Below, one piece after another: positions 1 through 11,230 of a DNA stretch of 64,000 nt. The DNA comes from Gemmatimonadota bacterium. GTDB taxonomy: Bacteria; Gemmatimonadota; Gemmatimonadetes; Gemmatimonadales; GWC2-71-9. Where the stretch lies: contig JADJOM010000002.1 in assembly GCA_016713785.1 (NCBI GenBank), positions 461,393-525,392 of the forward strand, in the 5' to 3' direction. The notes beneath the pieces were generated by a model. The model saw only the letters and a list, made by a program, of their open reading frames with translations. It searched no databases and was not told the DNA's origin. Position 1 is the first letter of the stretch; each line of letters opens with the position of its first letter. The position numbers were made by a program, and so were the translations under genes.

Positions 1-897
1 GCCCGGCACCACGGCCAGCCCCGAGATCTCGCCTGCCACCGGCACCGGCGCCCCGCGCAGGCTCACCCGGAAGCGCGAGTAGGCGGAGAACTCCGGGGTG
101 TCGCCGGTCGTGAAGAAGTAGTTCGAGACCGTGGCCACCTCGAAGGGCCCGACGCGGTCCAGCCGCACTGGTTCGCTCCGGCGGGTGACCCGGTAGCGGT
201 AGGTGAACAGCGAATCGGGGAGCGCCGGCGCGCCGGGCCGCGCGTGGGGATACCAGTCGGTCCACGCGGTGTCGCGGGGCGAGGGCTGCCCACGCTGCGG
301 GATCAGCACCCCACCCAGGTCCTTGTCGCCGATCTGCCCGCTCAGGAGCCGCCGGCCGCGGTTGGTGAAGATGCGGACGGCGCCGGGCACCACCCAGCGC
401 CCATCCACCAGGTGCGCGTCGGCCACGAAGAGCGGGCCCTCCTCCGCCTTCCGCCGCACATGCGACATCGTCATGCTGCCGAGGGTGACGCTGCCGGTGC
501 CGGCCAGGGTGCGGGGATCGGTGCTGTCGCCAGCGGGCCAGCGGATCTCCACCTGGAAGAACAGGCCCTCGCCCGCGATCTCGGGCGGGACGTCGGCGAG
601 CAGCCGGGCCACCCCGGCGATGAGGCCCAGGACGCCGACCACGCCGCCCACCGAGAGGCCGAGCGCCTTGAGGAACCCTGGCGCGGGGTGGGCGGCGATG
701 TAGCGCGCGGCGACGAGCCCCAGCCCGAAGCTCACGATCCCGCCGAGGATGGCCATGCTGATCACGAAGTAGCCGGACCCGCCCTCGAAGGAGGAGATCC
801 GGTACCAGTCCACCACGAGCGAGCTGACGAAGGCGCTGAGGAACAGGCCGAGGGCGGCCGTAAGCAGTGCCACGAGGAACGAGGAGAACCAGGTCAT
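1..897 (-). CDS. hypothetical membrane protein, 3' end cut by the window edge
   Basis: Absent from the ORF track because it runs off the left edge. A reverse-strand ATG at 897..895 opens a frame with no stop down to nt 1 (MTWFSSFLVALLTAALGLFLSAFVSSLVVDWY...). It has hydrophobic N-terminal helices followed by a soluble part, with GC3-rich codons like its neighbours. Confidence 0.6.
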   Translation of the reverse strand, partial: MTWFSSFLVALLTAALGLFLSAFVSSLVVDWYRISSFEGGSGYFVISMAILGGIVSFGLGLVAARYIAAHPAPGFLKALGLSVGGVVGVLGLIAGVARLLADVPPEIAGEGLFFQVEIRWPAGDSTDPRTLAGTGSVTLGSMTMSHVRRKAEEGPLFVADAHLVDGRWVVPGAVRIFTNRGRRLLSGQIGDKDLGGVLIPQRGQPSPRDTAWTDWYPHARPGAPALPDSLFTYRYRVTRRSEPVRLDRVGPFEVATVSNYFFTTGDTPEFSAYSRFRVSLRGAPVPVAGEISGLAVVPG

Positions 898-992
898 AGG
901 GGAGGGAACCTACCGCCCTTTCGGGGGGCTGACGAGTTGGGGTCGGCGGGCGGGCTTTTGCGCGGCGGCGGCCGGGGCCCTAACCTTCGCCC

Positions 993-1901
993 ATGCGAAC
1001 CACCCTGCTGTGGGCCCCGGCCCTCCTGCTCGCCGCCTGCGGCGGCTCCGCTCCCGCGGCGGCGCCCGTGGCGCCCGCCGCCGCGCTGGCCCTGCCCGAG
1101 TCCACCGTGGTGCTCGATGCCGCGACCGGCGCGCCCATCGCCTCGGCCGAGCTGGTGCGCCGCGCCCGCGCCGCCGACTTCGTGCTGCTCGGCGAGATCC
1201 ATGACAACATTGCCCACCACCAGGTGCGGGGCGCGCTGCTGACCGCGGCGGGCCGCCATCCCGCGGTGGTGTTCGAGCAGTTTGCGCGGAGCGCGGGGCC
1301 GATCCCGCCGCCGGCCGGCGGCACCGCGGACGACGCGTGGCTCGACCAGTACGGCTTCGACCGGAAGAACTGGCGCTGGCCGCTGCACCAGCCGGTGGTG
1401 CAGGCCGCGCTCGCGAGCGGGCAGGGGGTCTGGGGGAGCGGGCTCCCGCGCGAGACGCTGCGCGCCGTGGTGCGGGGCGGCGCGGCGGCGGCGCCGCCCG
1501 AGCTGCGGGCCATCATCGAGCAGGCGCCGCTCGACAGCGTGGCGCGGGCCGCGATCGACCGGGAGCTGTTCGAGGGCCACTGCGGCAAGCTGCCCGCGGA
1601 GATGGTGCCGGGGATGCGCGCCGCGCAGGAGCTGCGCGACGCGTCGATGGCCGAGGCGCTGCTCACCGCCGCGAAGGGCGGGGGGCCGGCCTGGCTGATC
1701 GCCGGCGACGGCCACGTGCGCGCCGACATGGCGGTGCCGCGAATGCTGCGCCGCGTGGCGCCGGGCAAGACCCTGCTGATCGTGGGCGTGGTGGAGCGGG
1801 GCACCGAGGCGGCGGTGCCGGGGCCGGAGGCGGCGCGCCAGTACCAGGTGCTGATCGTCACCCCGCCCGCGGCGCGCGAAGACCCCTGCGCCAGCCTGTG
1901 A
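993..1901 (+). CDS. ChaN-like (haem-binding uptake, Tiki superfamily) lipoprotein
   Basis: 302-aa ORF. Signal peptide with lipobox LLLAAC. Motif FVLLGEIHDNIAHH is characteristic of ChaN/PF04187-type proteins. Confidence 0.75.
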   Translation: MRTTLLWAPALLLAACGGSAPAAAPVAPAAALALPESTVVLDAATGAPIASAELVRRARAADFVLLGEIHDNIAHHQVRGALLTAAGRHPAVVFEQFARSAGPIPPPAGGTADDAWLDQYGFDRKNWRWPLHQPVVQAALASGQGVWGSGLPRETLRAVVRGGAAAAPPELRAIIEQAPLDSVARAAIDRELFEGHCGKLPAEMVPGMRAAQELRDASMAEALLTAAKGGGPAWLIAGDGHVRADMAVPRMLRRVAPGKTLLIVGVVERGTEAAVPGPEAARQYQVLIVTPPAAREDPCASL

Positions 1902-1914
1902 GCGGGGGCACCCC

Positions 1915-2352
1915 GTGACCCAGCCGCCCCCGCGCGAGCCCGTCCTCGTCCCCGCGCCATCGCTGGCGGGGACGGCGCGCCTGGCCCTGATGCTGCTGGC
2001 GCTGGCCCTCGTGGTGGTGCCGCTCCTGCGCGACCTCCCGCTGGGCCAGACCACCCGCACCGGCATGCTCGCGTGGCTGCTGGTGGGGCTGGCGCTCTAC
2101 TGGCTCTACGCCGGTCTCGGCTCCCGGCCGCTGCTCCTGCTGCAGCTGGTCATCTTCTCGGTGGCGGCGGCGCTGCTCACCACCAAGGCGGGGCTGGTGA
2201 TCGTGGGGATTGACCGGCTGAGCATCCTGCGGCGCACCGCCAAGACGCTCATCATGGTCGGCGCCGGCATGGCCGGGCTCAACCTCGGGGCGCTGCTGCT
2301 GGCGTCGCTCAAGCGGCGGGAGCCCCCCGCCGGCGGCCCGCGCCAGGCCTGA
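1915..2352 (+). CDS. hypothetical integral membrane protein
   Basis: 145-aa ORF with a GTG start 14 nt after the previous stop. Four hydrophobic segments. No recognisable family motif. Confidence 0.55.
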   Translation: MTQPPPREPVLVPAPSLAGTARLALMLLALALVVVPLLRDLPLGQTTRTGMLAWLLVGLALYWLYAGLGSRPLLLLQLVIFSVAAALLTTKAGLVIVGIDRLSILRRTAKTLIMVGAGMAGLNLGALLLASLKRREPPAGGPRQA

Positions 2353-2384
2353 CGTCCGGCCGACTCCGTGCGCCTGGGGATGCC

Positions 2385-2690
2385 ATGGTAACCTACGAGG
2401 TGACGGCCGTGGTGGAGCCGGGGCTGGTCGAGGCCTACGCCACCTACATGCGGGCGCGGCACATCGCCGACGTGCTGGCCACCGGGTGCTTCACCGGTGC
2501 CGTGTTTGAGCGGACCGACGCCACCACCTTCCGGGCCCGGTACCAGGCCGCCTCGCAGGCCATGGTGGATGCCTACCTCCGCGACCACACCGCGCGGCTG
2601 CGCGAGGAGTTCGCGGCACACTTCCCCCGGGGGATCGTCTTCTCCCGGGCGGTGTGGCAGGAGGAGAAGCGCTGGGCCCTGGCGCGATAG
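2385..2690 (+). CDS. DUF4286 family protein
   Basis: 101 aa. The N-terminus MVTYEVTAVVEPGLVEAYATYMRARHIADVLATGCFTGA matches the DUF4286 pattern I remember (YNVT...W..WM...HIP.vL.TG.F). Confidence 0.6.
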   Translation: MVTYEVTAVVEPGLVEAYATYMRARHIADVLATGCFTGAVFERTDATTFRARYQAASQAMVDAYLRDHTARLREEFAAHFPRGIVFSRAVWQEEKRWALAR

Positions 2691-2717
2691 CGCGCCGCCC
2701 CGGCATTACACTTCGGC

Positions 2718-3482
2718 ATGCTGCCGATCGTCCGCGACCTCGCCCACTCCCACCGCACCGGCACCACCAACCGTCGCCTCGGCGCCGCGCTGGCGTTCGT
2801 GGCCGGCGCCGCCAACGCCGGCGGCTTCCTCGCGGTGGGGCGCTACACCTCCCACATGACCGGCATCGTCTCCGCCATGGCCGACGACCTGGTCCTGGGC
2901 CAGCTGGCCCTCGCCGCGAGCGGCTTCGCCGCCCTCCTGGCGTTCCTGGTCGGCGCCACCAGCACCACCATCGCCATCCACTGGGCCCGCCGCCGCCGGC
3001 TGCGCAGCCTGTATGCGCTCCCGCTGCTGCTCGAAGCGGTCCTGCTGCTGGCGTTCGGGCTGATCGGGGGCACCCTCACCCAGCGGACCACCTTCCTGCT
3101 CCCCGCGACCGTGGTGCTGCTCTGCTTCCTCATGGGCCTGCAGAACGCGGTCATCACCAAGGTCTCGCGGGCCGAGATCCGCACCACCCACGTCACCGGG
3201 CTGGTGACCGACCTCGGCATCGAGCTGGGCAAGCTGTTCTACCTCAATCGCCTGCCGGTCGAGGCGCCGGTGCTGGCCAATCGCGCCCGGCTCCGGGTGC
3301 ACCTGCTGCTCATCGGCTGCTTCTTCGTGGGCGGGGTGAGCGGGGCGTACGGGTTCAAGCGCTTTGGCTACGGCGCCACCGTCCCGCTCGCGCTGCTGCT
3401 CGGCCTGCTCGCCGCGCGGCCGCTGCTGGATGACCTGGAGCTGCGATTCCGCCTCTGGCGGCGGCGGCGGCCCGGGGGCTAG
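2718..3482 (+). CDS. YoaK/DUF1275 family membrane protein
   Basis: 254 aa, multi-pass. Motifs AFVAGAANAGGFL and YTSHMTGI are typical of DUF1275. Confidence 0.7.
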   Translation: MLPIVRDLAHSHRTGTTNRRLGAALAFVAGAANAGGFLAVGRYTSHMTGIVSAMADDLVLGQLALAASGFAALLAFLVGATSTTIAIHWARRRRLRSLYALPLLLEAVLLLAFGLIGGTLTQRTTFLLPATVVLLCFLMGLQNAVITKVSRAEIRTTHVTGLVTDLGIELGKLFYLNRLPVEAPVLANRARLRVHLLLIGCFFVGGVSGAYGFKRFGYGATVPLALLLGLLAARPLLDDLELRFRLWRRRRPGG

Positions 3483-6400
3483 GACCGCGGGTCGTCGAGG
3501 CAGCGGCGCACGGCCTGCGCCAGGTCGGCCGCGGCGTAGGGCTTCTGCAGCAGCTGCCGGCCCGCGTCGAGCTGCAGCAGCCGGTCCACGACGTCGGGGC
3601 TGTAGCCGCTCGAATAGAGCACCCGCAGCCCGGGTGCGCGCGCGAGCAGCGCCTCGGCCAGCTGCTTCCCGGACGCCCCGCCCGGCATGATCATGTCGGT
3701 GAGCAGCAGGTCCACGCCGCCCCCGCGGGCTTCCCAGAGCTCCAGGGCGCTCGCCGCCGAGTCCGCCTCCAGGACGCGGTACCCGTAGTGCTCGAGGGCC
3801 GTCCGGCTCACGGCCCGCACCGCCGGCTCATCCTCCACCAGCAGGATGGTCTCATGGCCGCCCCGAATCGGCGGCGGCGCGGGCGGAAGCTCCGGCTGTG
3901 GCGCCACTCCCTTGAGGGCGGGGAGGTAGGCGCGAAACACCGTCCCCGCGCCGACGGCGCTCTCCACCTCGATCCAGCCGTGGTGCTGCTGCACGATGCC
4001 GAACACCGTGGCGAGCCCAAGCCCGGTGCCCCGGCCCACTTCCTTCGTGGTGAAGAACGGCTCGAAGATCCGTGGCAGCGCCTCCGGCTGGATGCCGCAC
4101 CCGGTGTCCCTGACGGTCAGGCAGACATGCGGGCCGGGGTCGCACCCGGGGTGGAGCGAGGCGCGTTCCCCGTCGACGACGATCGCGTCGAGGCTCACCG
4201 AGAGCTGGCCTCCCTGCGGCATCGCGTCACGGGCGTTGATGGCCAGGTTCATCAGCACCTGTTCCATCATCCCGGGATCGGCATCCACCAGCGGCAGCCC
4301 CGGGGCGAACCGGGTTGCCAGCGCCACGTCCTCGCCCAGCACCCGCCGCAGCAGCTTGGTGGTGTTGCCCAGGGCCTCGCCGAGGTCGAGCGGGACCGGC
4401 CGGCTCACCTGCCGGCGGCTGAAGGTGAGCAGCTGACGGGTGAGATTGGACGCGCGCTCGGTGGCGGCGAGGATCTCCCGGATGCCGTCGCGGACCTCTG
4501 CGGGTTCCGTCGTCTCCTCCAGCAGCAGGGTCGATTGCATCTGGATGACGGCGAGCATGTTGTTGAAGTCGTGCGCGATGCCACCGGCCAGCTGCCCCAC
4601 CGCCTCCATCTTCTGCGCCTGCCGCAGCTGCTCCTCCAGGCGGTGCCGGACCGTGATATCCTCCGCCACGCCCGCGATGCGGTACACCCGTCCCGCGGCG
4701 TCCCGGATGGGAAAGGCGCGATCGTGGATCCAGGCCACCGCGCCCTCGCGCAGGATCCGGTACTCGATGTCGTACCCGCCGGCCACCTGTTCCGGCAGCG
4801 CGGACGTCACCCGGGTCCGGTCGTCCGGGTGGACCAGCGCGAGCCACGACTGCGGATCGGCATGGAGGGTCTCGCACGGCCGGCCGAAGACGCGGGCGTA
4901 CGCCGGGCTCACGTAGACGAACTCCCGCTTGGAGGCGTCCGTCAGCCAGAAGACCTCGTCGATCGTCTCGGTGACCTGCCGGAACCGCTGTTCGCTGCCC
5001 CGGAAGTCGGCCTCGGCCCGCTTCTGCGCCGTGATGTCCCGCGCCACCGCCAGCACGGTGCTCGCCTCGCCCTGGTCATCCTTCTCAGGGACGAGCCGGA
5101 CGTTGAAGTCATGCGGCCCGTCGGGTAGCGGGAGCGTTACCTCCGTCTCCACCGGCACGCCGCCGGTGGACGCCGCGGCGATGGTCGTCCGGAGCGAGCG
5201 GTACAGCTCCTCGCTGCCCTGGCCGGTCACGCTGCCGAGCGAGCGCCCGAGGTGCGCCGCCACCGGCACGCCGGTGAGGCGCTCGAAGGCCGCGTTGGCG
5301 TAGAGGTACCGCCCGCTGCGGTCAAAGCGCAGGATGACGTCGGGCGAGTGCTCCGCCAGCGTCCGCAGCTGCCGCTCGGTTTCCTTGAGCGCGGTAATGT
5401 CGCGCGCGAGGCCGAGCACGGTGGCGACCTGTCCCTGGTCATCCCGCTCGGGCGCGAGTCGGAGCTGGACCAGCCGCGGCCCATGGATGGTATGGAGGGG
5501 GTGCTCCACCGTCTGGGCCTCGCCGGTGGCGAAGACCTCCAGGATCGCCTGGGAGACCTGGGCGAGGGCGGGGCCGGCCTCGACATGGTGCCCCGACCCG
5601 AACCCGCCGGCGAGCAGGTCCTCCACGGACTTTCCCTGGGCCGCGGCGAAGGCCGGGTTGACGAACACCCGGTTCAGGTTGCGGTCCCACCGGACCAGCA
5701 GGTCAGGGGTATTCTCGACCAGGGTACGGAAGCTCCGCTCCCGCGTCCGCAGCTCGGCTTCGGCGGCCCTGCGCTCCGAGATGTCGCGCACGATGGCCAT
5801 GTTGTACGCGCGGCCCTCGAACTCGAAGTAGTTCCCGGTTACTTCCACCGGCGTGATCCGGCCGCCACGGGTCCGATGGACGGTCTCGATCGTCATCTGC
5901 CGCACCCGCTGGATCTCCGGCAGGAACGCCGCCCACTGCTCCGGGGTCCATTCGGGATCGATATCGAACACCCCCATGCCGCCGGTCAGCTCCGCTTTCG
6001 TAAAGCCCAGAGCCCCGGCGGCGCCTTCGTTGACGTAGCTGAAGCGGGGGGAGTCCCCTTCCATCAGGTAGATCCCCTCCCCGATGTGATCGAGGGCGTA
6101 ATTGAGCAGGTACAACTGGCGCTCGGCCGTCTTGCGATCCTCGAGGTTGGTCGCGATCCCCGGCACGCTCACCACCGTGCCGCGGGCATCCCGCTCCGGC
6201 ACATGCCGGACCTCGAAGTGCCGGGGCCCCTCCGGCGTCCGGAAGCTGACCTCCAGCCGCTCGGCGGGGCCCCCCGCGGCGACGCGCGCCAGACTGGCCT
6301 GCAGCGCCTCATCTTCTTCAGGGCAGTTGCAGATGTGGAGTTCGACCGGCGTACGACCCAGGATGGCCTCGGTCCCCTGGCCCATGCTCCGGCCAACCGA

Positions 6401-7561
6401 GGGGCTGACATAGGTGAACTGCCCGGTCAGGTCGAACCGGCTGACGAAGTCGGGGAAGCTGTCCGTGAGCGTGCCCAGGCGCCGCTCGGCCAGGCGCTGC
6501 GCCTCCTCGGCCAGGCGTCGCTCGGTGACGTCCTGCATCGTGCCGAAGATCCGGTGCGGTCGCCCCGCCGCGTCGCGGTCCACTTCGGCCAGGCTGTGCA
6601 CGTACCGGACCTCGCCATCCGCCCGGACCACCCGGTACTCCACGTCGTAGGGCCTGCGACCGTCGACGGCGGCCGCGTATGCCTCGGCCACCTCCCGCTG
6701 GTCCTCGGGATGGACCAGCCGCAGCCACTGCGGGTGCCATTCGGCGAGGTCGCGCGGCCCATCCTCGTGGGGCAACCCGAAGATCCGGTAGCTCTCGGCC
6801 GTCATCTGGATCTGCCCGGCGTCGAGGTCGCGGTACCAGGAGCCCAGGTGCCCGACCCGCTGCGACGCCTCGAGCTTCCGATTGCTCTCGCGCAACGCCT
6901 CGGTGGTCCGGGCCGCGGCCGATCGGGTCCGGAGCGCGACCAGGTCGTAGGCCAGGTCGCCCGCCAGCTCGGAGAGGATCTCGACCTCGTCGCGATCGAA
7001 GGCCCCCGGCTCGGTGGAGTAGATCTTGAAGACCCCGAAGGGTGGCTCCTCCCCGTCCCGGAGGGGGAGCGCGATGGCCGAGCGGTAGCCACGCGCCTTG
7101 GCCGTCTCCCGCCTGGGCCCGAAGGCGGGGTCCGACGGGATGTCGTGGGTGATGGCCACGGCGCCCGTGGCGAGCGCCTCCGCGGCCGGGCCTCCAGTGG
7201 ACCCGCCCTCGCCCCACACCTGGCCAGCCGTCGCCAGGTAACCCTCTTCGAAGCCGGCGTGGGCCACGGGCTCGACCCGCCGCGCGGGGTCCTTGCCCAC
7301 CAGTCCCACCCAGGCCATCCGGTAGCCGCCGCGCTCCACGGCGATGCGGCAGATCTGCTGCAGCAGCTCCGCCTCATCGGTGGCCCGGATGAGGGCCTGG
7401 TTCGAGTCGCTCAGCATCCGGAGCGCGCGGTTGGTCCGCTCCACGGCGCTGGCGCCGCGCGGCCGGCGCGGTGGAGCGGGGGAGGGTCGCTTGCGGCTGG
7501 GCATCAGGGCCTCGGGGACCGCGCTGGGGTTCCGAGTGACGGGTCCGGACCGGGACAACAT
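3479..7561 (-). CDS. hybrid sensor histidine kinase/response regulator with a GAF domain and multiple PAS domains
   Basis: 1360-aa ORF. It contains an N-terminal GAF-like region, at least six PAS/PAC units (repeated ...VHPED/HPDD..., ...DIT.R...E motifs), an H-box [11 protein letters not shown], an ATPase G-box GTGLGLA, and a C-terminal receiver (ILLVEDE...LLLTDMIMP...K). The exact start among several in-frame Met codons is uncertain. Confidence 0.9.
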   Translation of the reverse strand: MLSRSGPVTRNPSAVPEALMPSRKRPSPAPPRRPRGASAVERTNRALRMLSDSNQALIRATDEAELLQQICRIAVERGGYRMAWVGLVGKDPARRVEPVAHAGFEEGYLATAGQVWGEGGSTGGPAAEALATGAVAITHDIPSDPAFGPRRETAKARGYRSAIALPLRDGEEPPFGVFKIYSTEPGAFDRDEVEILSELAGDLAYDLVALRTRSAAARTTEALRESNRKLEASQRVGHLGSWYRDLDAGQIQMTAESYRIFGLPHEDGPRDLAEWHPQWLRLVHPEDQREVAEAYAAAVDGRRPYDVEYRVVRADGEVRYVHSLAEVDRDAAGRPHRIFGTMQDVTERRLAEEAQRLAERRLGTLTDSFPDFVSRFDLTGQFTYVSPSVGRSMGQGTEAILGRTPVELHICNCPEEDEALQASLARVAAGGPAERLEVSFRTPEGPRHFEVRHVPERDARGTVVSVPGIATNLEDRKTAERQLYLLNYALDHIGEGIYLMEGDSPRFSYVNEGAAGALGFTKAELTGGMGVFDIDPEWTPEQWAAFLPEIQRVRQMTIETVHRTRGGRITPVEVTGNYFEFEGRAYNMAIVRDISERRAAEAELRTRERSFRTLVENTPDLLVRWDRNLNRVFVNPAFAAAQGKSVEDLLAGGFGSGHHVEAGPALAQVSQAILEVFATGEAQTVEHPLHTIHGPRLVQLRLAPERDDQGQVATVLGLARDITALKETERQLRTLAEHSPDVILRFDRSGRYLYANAAFERLTGVPVAAHLGRSLGSVTGQGSEELYRSLRTTIAAASTGGVPVETEVTLPLPDGPHDFNVRLVPEKDDQGEASTVLAVARDITAQKRAEADFRGSEQRFRQVTETIDEVFWLTDASKREFVYVSPAYARVFGRPCETLHADPQSWLALVHPDDRTRVTSALPEQVAGGYDIEYRILREGAVAWIHDRAFPIRDAAGRVYRIAGVAEDITVRHRLEEQLRQAQKMEAVGQLAGGIAHDFNNMLAVIQMQSTLLLEETTEPAEVRDGIREILAATERASNLTRQLLTFSRRQVSRPVPLDLGEALGNTTKLLRRVLGEDVALATRFAPGLPLVDADPGMMEQVLMNLAINARDAMPQGGQLSVSLDAIVVDGERASLHPGCDPGPHVCLTVRDTGCGIQPEALPRIFEPFFTTKEVGRGTGLGLATVFGIVQQHHGWIEVESAVGAGTVFRAYLPALKGVAPQPELPPAPPPIRGGHETILLVEDEPAVRAVSRTALEHYGYRVLEADSAASALELWEARGGGVDLLLTDMIMPGGASGKQLAEALLARAPGLRVLYSSGYSPDVVDRLLQLDAGRQLLQKPYAAADLAQAVRRCLDDPRS

Positions 7562-7804
7562 GCTGCGAAATCAGGCAGGGCGCGAGCGCTCGCGACCGCG
7601 GGAGGGAAGGGACATCCCGCCGACCCGCTGGGCGGCCGCTGGTGCCAAGGTAACGGTAGCACCGGCGCCCTGAAGCGGCCGTGAAGCGTCGATGGCACCG
7701 AGAGATACGCGCCCCCTCTCGCCTGCGGCACGGCCGGGGCGTACATTGCAGCCTGGCGTGTCGGCCCCGGCCGCCAGCTCCCCCCCACGCTTCCGGATTT
7801 CGCC

Positions 7805-8260
7805 ATGGCCATCACCTTCTCGCTGAACGGCCGTTCCCAGTCGGTGGACGTGCCGGACGACACCCCGCTCCTCTGGGTGCTACGCGACACCCTCGCACTC
7901 ACCGGGACCAAGTACGGCTGCGGCATGGCCCAGTGCGGCGCCTGCACCGTGCACCTCGACGGCCAGGCCATCCGCAGCTGCTCCACGCCGGTCAGCGCGG
8001 CGGCCGGCAAGAAGGTCACCACCATCGAGGGGCTCTCGGCCGACGGCAGCCACCCGCTGCAGCAGGCCTGGGTGGCGGAGCAGGTGCCGCAGTGCGGCTA
8101 CTGCCAGTCGGGGCAGATCATGCAGGCGGCGGCGCTGCTCAGCCAGACGCCGCAGCCGACCGACGCGGAGATCGACGCGGCCATGGCGGGCAACATCTGC
8201 CGTTGCGGCACCTACCAGCGGATTCGCGCCGCCATCCACCGCGCCGCCCAGGAGGCCTGA
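7805..8260 (+). CDS. (2Fe-2S)-binding small subunit of a molybdenum hydroxylase (IorA/aldehyde oxidoreductase type)
   Basis: 151 aa. Cys clusters [11 protein letters not shown] and CGYCQSG...CRCGTY are typical of the Fer2/Fer2_2 small subunits. Confidence 0.9.
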   Translation: MAITFSLNGRSQSVDVPDDTPLLWVLRDTLALTGTKYGCGMAQCGACTVHLDGQAIRSCSTPVSAAAGKKVTTIEGLSADGSHPLQQAWVAEQVPQCGYCQSGQIMQAAALLSQTPQPTDAEIDAAMAGNICRCGTYQRIRAAIHRAAQEA

Positions 8261-8261
8261 C

Positions 8262-10367
8262 ATGACCCCCGCCCTCTCCCGCCGCGAGTTCCTTGGCACC
8301 AGCGGGCTGGCGCTGGCCGTCACCGCGCTGCCGGCGCGCCGGCTGGCGGGCATGCCGGTCCCGGTGTCCGCGGCGCGGGCGCTCGCGCCGAGCGCGTTCG
8401 TCGAGATCACCCCGGACGGCGTCGTGTCGGTGTGGGTCACCAAGTCGGACATGGGGCAGGGGGTGCGGACCGCGCTGCCCATGATCCTGGCCGACGAGCT
8501 CGAGGCCGACTGGAGCAAGGTCCGCGTGGTGCAGGCCGACGCCCATCCCCGCTACGGCGAGATGGGCACCGGCGGCTCGAGCAGCGTGGGCTCGCTGTGG
8601 GAGCCGCTGCGCAAGGCCGGCGCGCAGGCGCGCGAGATGCTCGTCGCCGCGGCGGCGGAACGCTGGGGCGTGCCGCCGGCGGAGTGCCGGGCGCGCTCCG
8701 GCGCGGTGGAGCACCCCGCCACCGGGCGGCGGTTCTCCTTCGGCGACCTGGTCAACCGCGCCGCGCGGCTGCCGGTGCCGGAGCAGGTCACGCTCAAGGA
8801 CCCCTCCGAGTTCCGCCTCATCGGGACCGACCCGGTGGGCCTCGACACCCGGGACAAGGTCACCGGCCGGGCGCGTTACGGCCTCGACGTGACGGTCCCG
8901 GGGATGCGCTACGCGGTGATCGCCCGCTGCCCGGTGTTCGGCGGGACCATGCGGGGCCACGACCCGGCGAAGGCGCTGGCGGTGCCCGGCGTGCTGCAGG
9001 TGGTCGAGGTGCCGAGCGGGGCGGCGGTGATCGCCACCGGCACCTGGGCGGCCATGCAGGGCCGCCGGGCCCTCGAGTGCCGCTGGGACGAGGGGGCCGC
9101 CGCCCAGCTCGACTCCGCCACGATCTCCCGCCAGCTGCACGACCGCGCCCGGATGGCCGGCGCCCTGGCGCGCAACGACGGCGACCTCCCCGGCGCCCTC
9201 GCCGCCGCGGCGAAGACGCTCGAGGCCGACTACGAGGCGCCGCTGCTCGCCCACGCCACCATGGAGCCGATGAACTGCGTGGCCGACACCCGCCCCGACC
9301 GCTGCGAGATCTGGGCGCCCCACCAGGCCCCCGAGTGGGCCCGCCAGGAGGTGGCCGGCGTGCTGGGCCTCGAGCCCGACCAGGTGACGGTCCACACCAC
9401 GCTGCTCGGCGGCGGGTTCGGCCGCCGCTTCCTGCCCGAGGAGCTGATCGAGGCGGCCCAGGTCTCCCGCGCCGCCGGCATGCCGGTCCAGCTGGTGTTC
9501 ACCCGCGAGGACGACATGCAGCGGGACTGGTACCGGCCCATGAGCGTGCACCGGATGGCCGGCGGCGTGGGCAAGGACGGCAAGGTCACCGCCTGGCTGC
9601 ACCGCGTGGTGGCGCCCTCCATCAACGACCAGCGCTGGCCCGGCTCGGTCAAGAACGCGCTCGACAACGACGCGGTGGACGGCGCGGTCGACCTGCACTA
9701 CCAGATCCCCAACCTCCGGGTCGAGTACGGCATGGTGAAGACCCCGGTGCCGGTGAGCTGGTGGCGGTCGGTGTACGCCTCGCAGACCTGCTTTGCCAAC
9801 GAGTGCTTCCTCGACGAGCTGGCGGCCGCCGCGGGCCGTGACCCGCTCGCGGTGCGCCGGGAGCTGCTCGCGCACTCGCCGCGGCACCTGGCGGTGCTCA
9901 ACCTCGCCGCCGAGAAGGCGGGCTGGGGGACGGTCCCGGCCGGCCGCGCGCAGGGCCTCGCGATCCACCACTTCTTCAGCGACGCGATCGTGGCGGAGGT
10001 GGCGGAGGTGTCGATCGAGGGCGGGAAGGTCCGGGTGCACAAGGTGACCTGCGCCGTGGACTGCGGCCTCGCGGTCAACCCGTCGAACGTCCGCTACCAG
10101 ATCGAGGGCAGCGTCATCTACGGCCTCTCCGCCGCGCTGTACGGCGAGATCACCGTCGAGGGCGGCAAGGTCAAGCAGAGCAACTTCCACGACTACCCGG
10201 TGCTGCGGATGCCCGAGGCGCCGGTGGTCGAGACCCACATCGTGCCGAGCGGTGAGGCGCCCAAGGGCGTGGGCGAGCCGGGGCTGCCCCCGATCGCGCC
10301 GGCGGTGGTGAACGCGGTGGTGCGGCTCACCGGCACGCCCGTGCGGAAGCTGCCGATCGTGCTGTAG
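8262..10367 (+). CDS. molybdopterin-binding large subunit of an oxidoreductase (IorB-like), Tat-exported
   Basis: 701 aa, starting 1 nt after the small subunit. Twin-arginine signal [15 protein letters not shown]. Aldehyde oxidase/xanthine dehydrogenase-type segments ([23 protein letters not shown]). Confidence 0.9.
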   Translation: MTPALSRREFLGTSGLALAVTALPARRLAGMPVPVSAARALAPSAFVEITPDGVVSVWVTKSDMGQGVRTALPMILADELEADWSKVRVVQADAHPRYGEMGTGGSSSVGSLWEPLRKAGAQAREMLVAAAAERWGVPPAECRARSGAVEHPATGRRFSFGDLVNRAARLPVPEQVTLKDPSEFRLIGTDPVGLDTRDKVTGRARYGLDVTVPGMRYAVIARCPVFGGTMRGHDPAKALAVPGVLQVVEVPSGAAVIATGTWAAMQGRRALECRWDEGAAAQLDSATISRQLHDRARMAGALARNDGDLPGALAAAAKTLEADYEAPLLAHATMEPMNCVADTRPDRCEIWAPHQAPEWARQEVAGVLGLEPDQVTVHTTLLGGGFGRRFLPEELIEAAQVSRAAGMPVQLVFTREDDMQRDWYRPMSVHRMAGGVGKDGKVTAWLHRVVAPSINDQRWPGSVKNALDNDAVDGAVDLHYQIPNLRVEYGMVKTPVPVSWWRSVYASQTCFANECFLDELAAAAGRDPLAVRRELLAHSPRHLAVLNLAAEKAGWGTVPAGRAQGLAIHHFFSDAIVAEVAEVSIEGGKVRVHKVTCAVDCGLAVNPSNVRYQIEGSVIYGLSAALYGEITVEGGKVKQSNFHDYPVLRMPEAPVVETHIVPSGEAPKGVGEPGLPPIAPAVVNAVVRLTGTPVRKLPIVL

Positions 10368-10417
10368 CAGGCGGCTGGGCAGCTCGGCGGCACACACTCT
10401 CTCTCCACTCGAGTTCC

Positions 10418-11230
10418 ATGCGAACCACCCCTCTTCTCGCGGCGCTCCTGCTCGGGAGCGCCGCGCCGCTTGCGGCCCAGGCCGCGCGGGACTCCGCCTT
10501 CGGCCCGGTCCCCCGGGACATCGTCGAGGGCCGCCGCCTGTTCGAGAGCCAGTGCGCCCGCTGCCACGGGGTCGGCGGCACCGGGGGCGTCGCCCCGGCC
10601 CTCGACCGCCCGCGACTCCGCCGCGCCCCCACCGACGAGGCGCTGGTGCAGGTGATCCTCACCGGCCTGCCCGGCACCGCGATGATCGGCTTCTGGAACT
10701 TCACCGCCGAGGAGGCCACCCAGGTGGCCGCGTACGTGCGGGCCCTCGGCCGCCGGCCGCCGGAAGTGCTCCCGGGCGATCCCGCGGCCGGCGCGCGGCT
10801 CTATGCCGAGCCGGGCCGCTGCGGCGCCTGCCACATCCTCGACGGGCAGGGCGCCGGCTGGGCCCCGGACTTGAGCGAGGTGGGCCTCCGCCTGAACGCG
10901 GCCCAGATCCGGCAGTCGCTCACCGACCCCGGCGCCGCCCAGCCCATCAGCCCGCTCCCCTCGGTGCACGGCCCCTATCCCGCCTTCCTGGCGGTGGAGG
11001 CGCTCACCGCGGGCGGCCGCGTCATCCGCGGCACCCGGGTCACCGAGGACGACTTCACCCTGGTGCTGCGTGAGGCGGACGGGACCCTCCGCTCCCTGGA
11101 CAAGGCCACCCTCCGCCGGCTGCGGAAGATCCCCGGCCAGAGCCCCATGCCGTCCTTTGCCGCCACGTTCACCGCCACCGAGCTCGATGACCTGGTGGCC
11201 TACCTCGCCGGCCGGAGGGGCGCGCCATGA
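10418..11230 (+). CDS. di-haem c-type cytochrome (likely electron-acceptor subunit)
   Basis: 270 aa with a signal peptide and two CXXCH motifs (CARCHG, CGACHI). Confidence 0.85.
   Translation: MRTTPLLAALLLGSAAPLAAQAARDSAFGPVPRDIVEGRRLFESQCARCHGVGGTGGVAPALDRPRLRRAPTDEALVQVILTGLPGTAMIGFWNFTAEEATQVAAYVRALGRRPPEVLPGDPAAGARLYAEPGRCGACHILDGQGAGWAPDLSEVGLRLNAAQIRQSLTDPGAAQPISPLPSVHGPYPAFLAVEALTAGGRVIRGTRVTEDDFTLVLREADGTLRSLDKATLRRLRKIPGQSPMPSFAATFTATELDDLVAYLAGRRGAP

Noticed and set aside
894-2066. Very long ORFs on the opposite strand or in alternative frames of real genes. Examples: 894..2066-, 8139..10397-, 20839..23643-, 29635..32634+, 41879..44326+, 44586..47501+, 54092..59266-.
   Set aside because: Their translations are Arg/Pro/Gly/Ala-rich low-complexity strings. 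This is typical of stop-codon-poor off-frames in high-GC DNA. Each overlaps a gene with clear family motifs.
3479-3482. CTAG stop-stop overlaps at 3479..3482 and 13498..13501 as a functional motif.
   Set aside because: This is a simple consequence of TAG stops on both strands sharing a palindrome. It is noted only as part of the tight convergent-junction pattern.
7562-7804. A possible Moco riboswitch or other structured leader upstream of the molybdenum enzyme operon. Local hairpins include GGTGC...GCACC and CGAGAG...CTCTCG.
   Set aside because: I cannot reproduce the Moco RNA motif consensus from memory well enough, and the hairpins are short. A cmscan against RF01055 would settle it.
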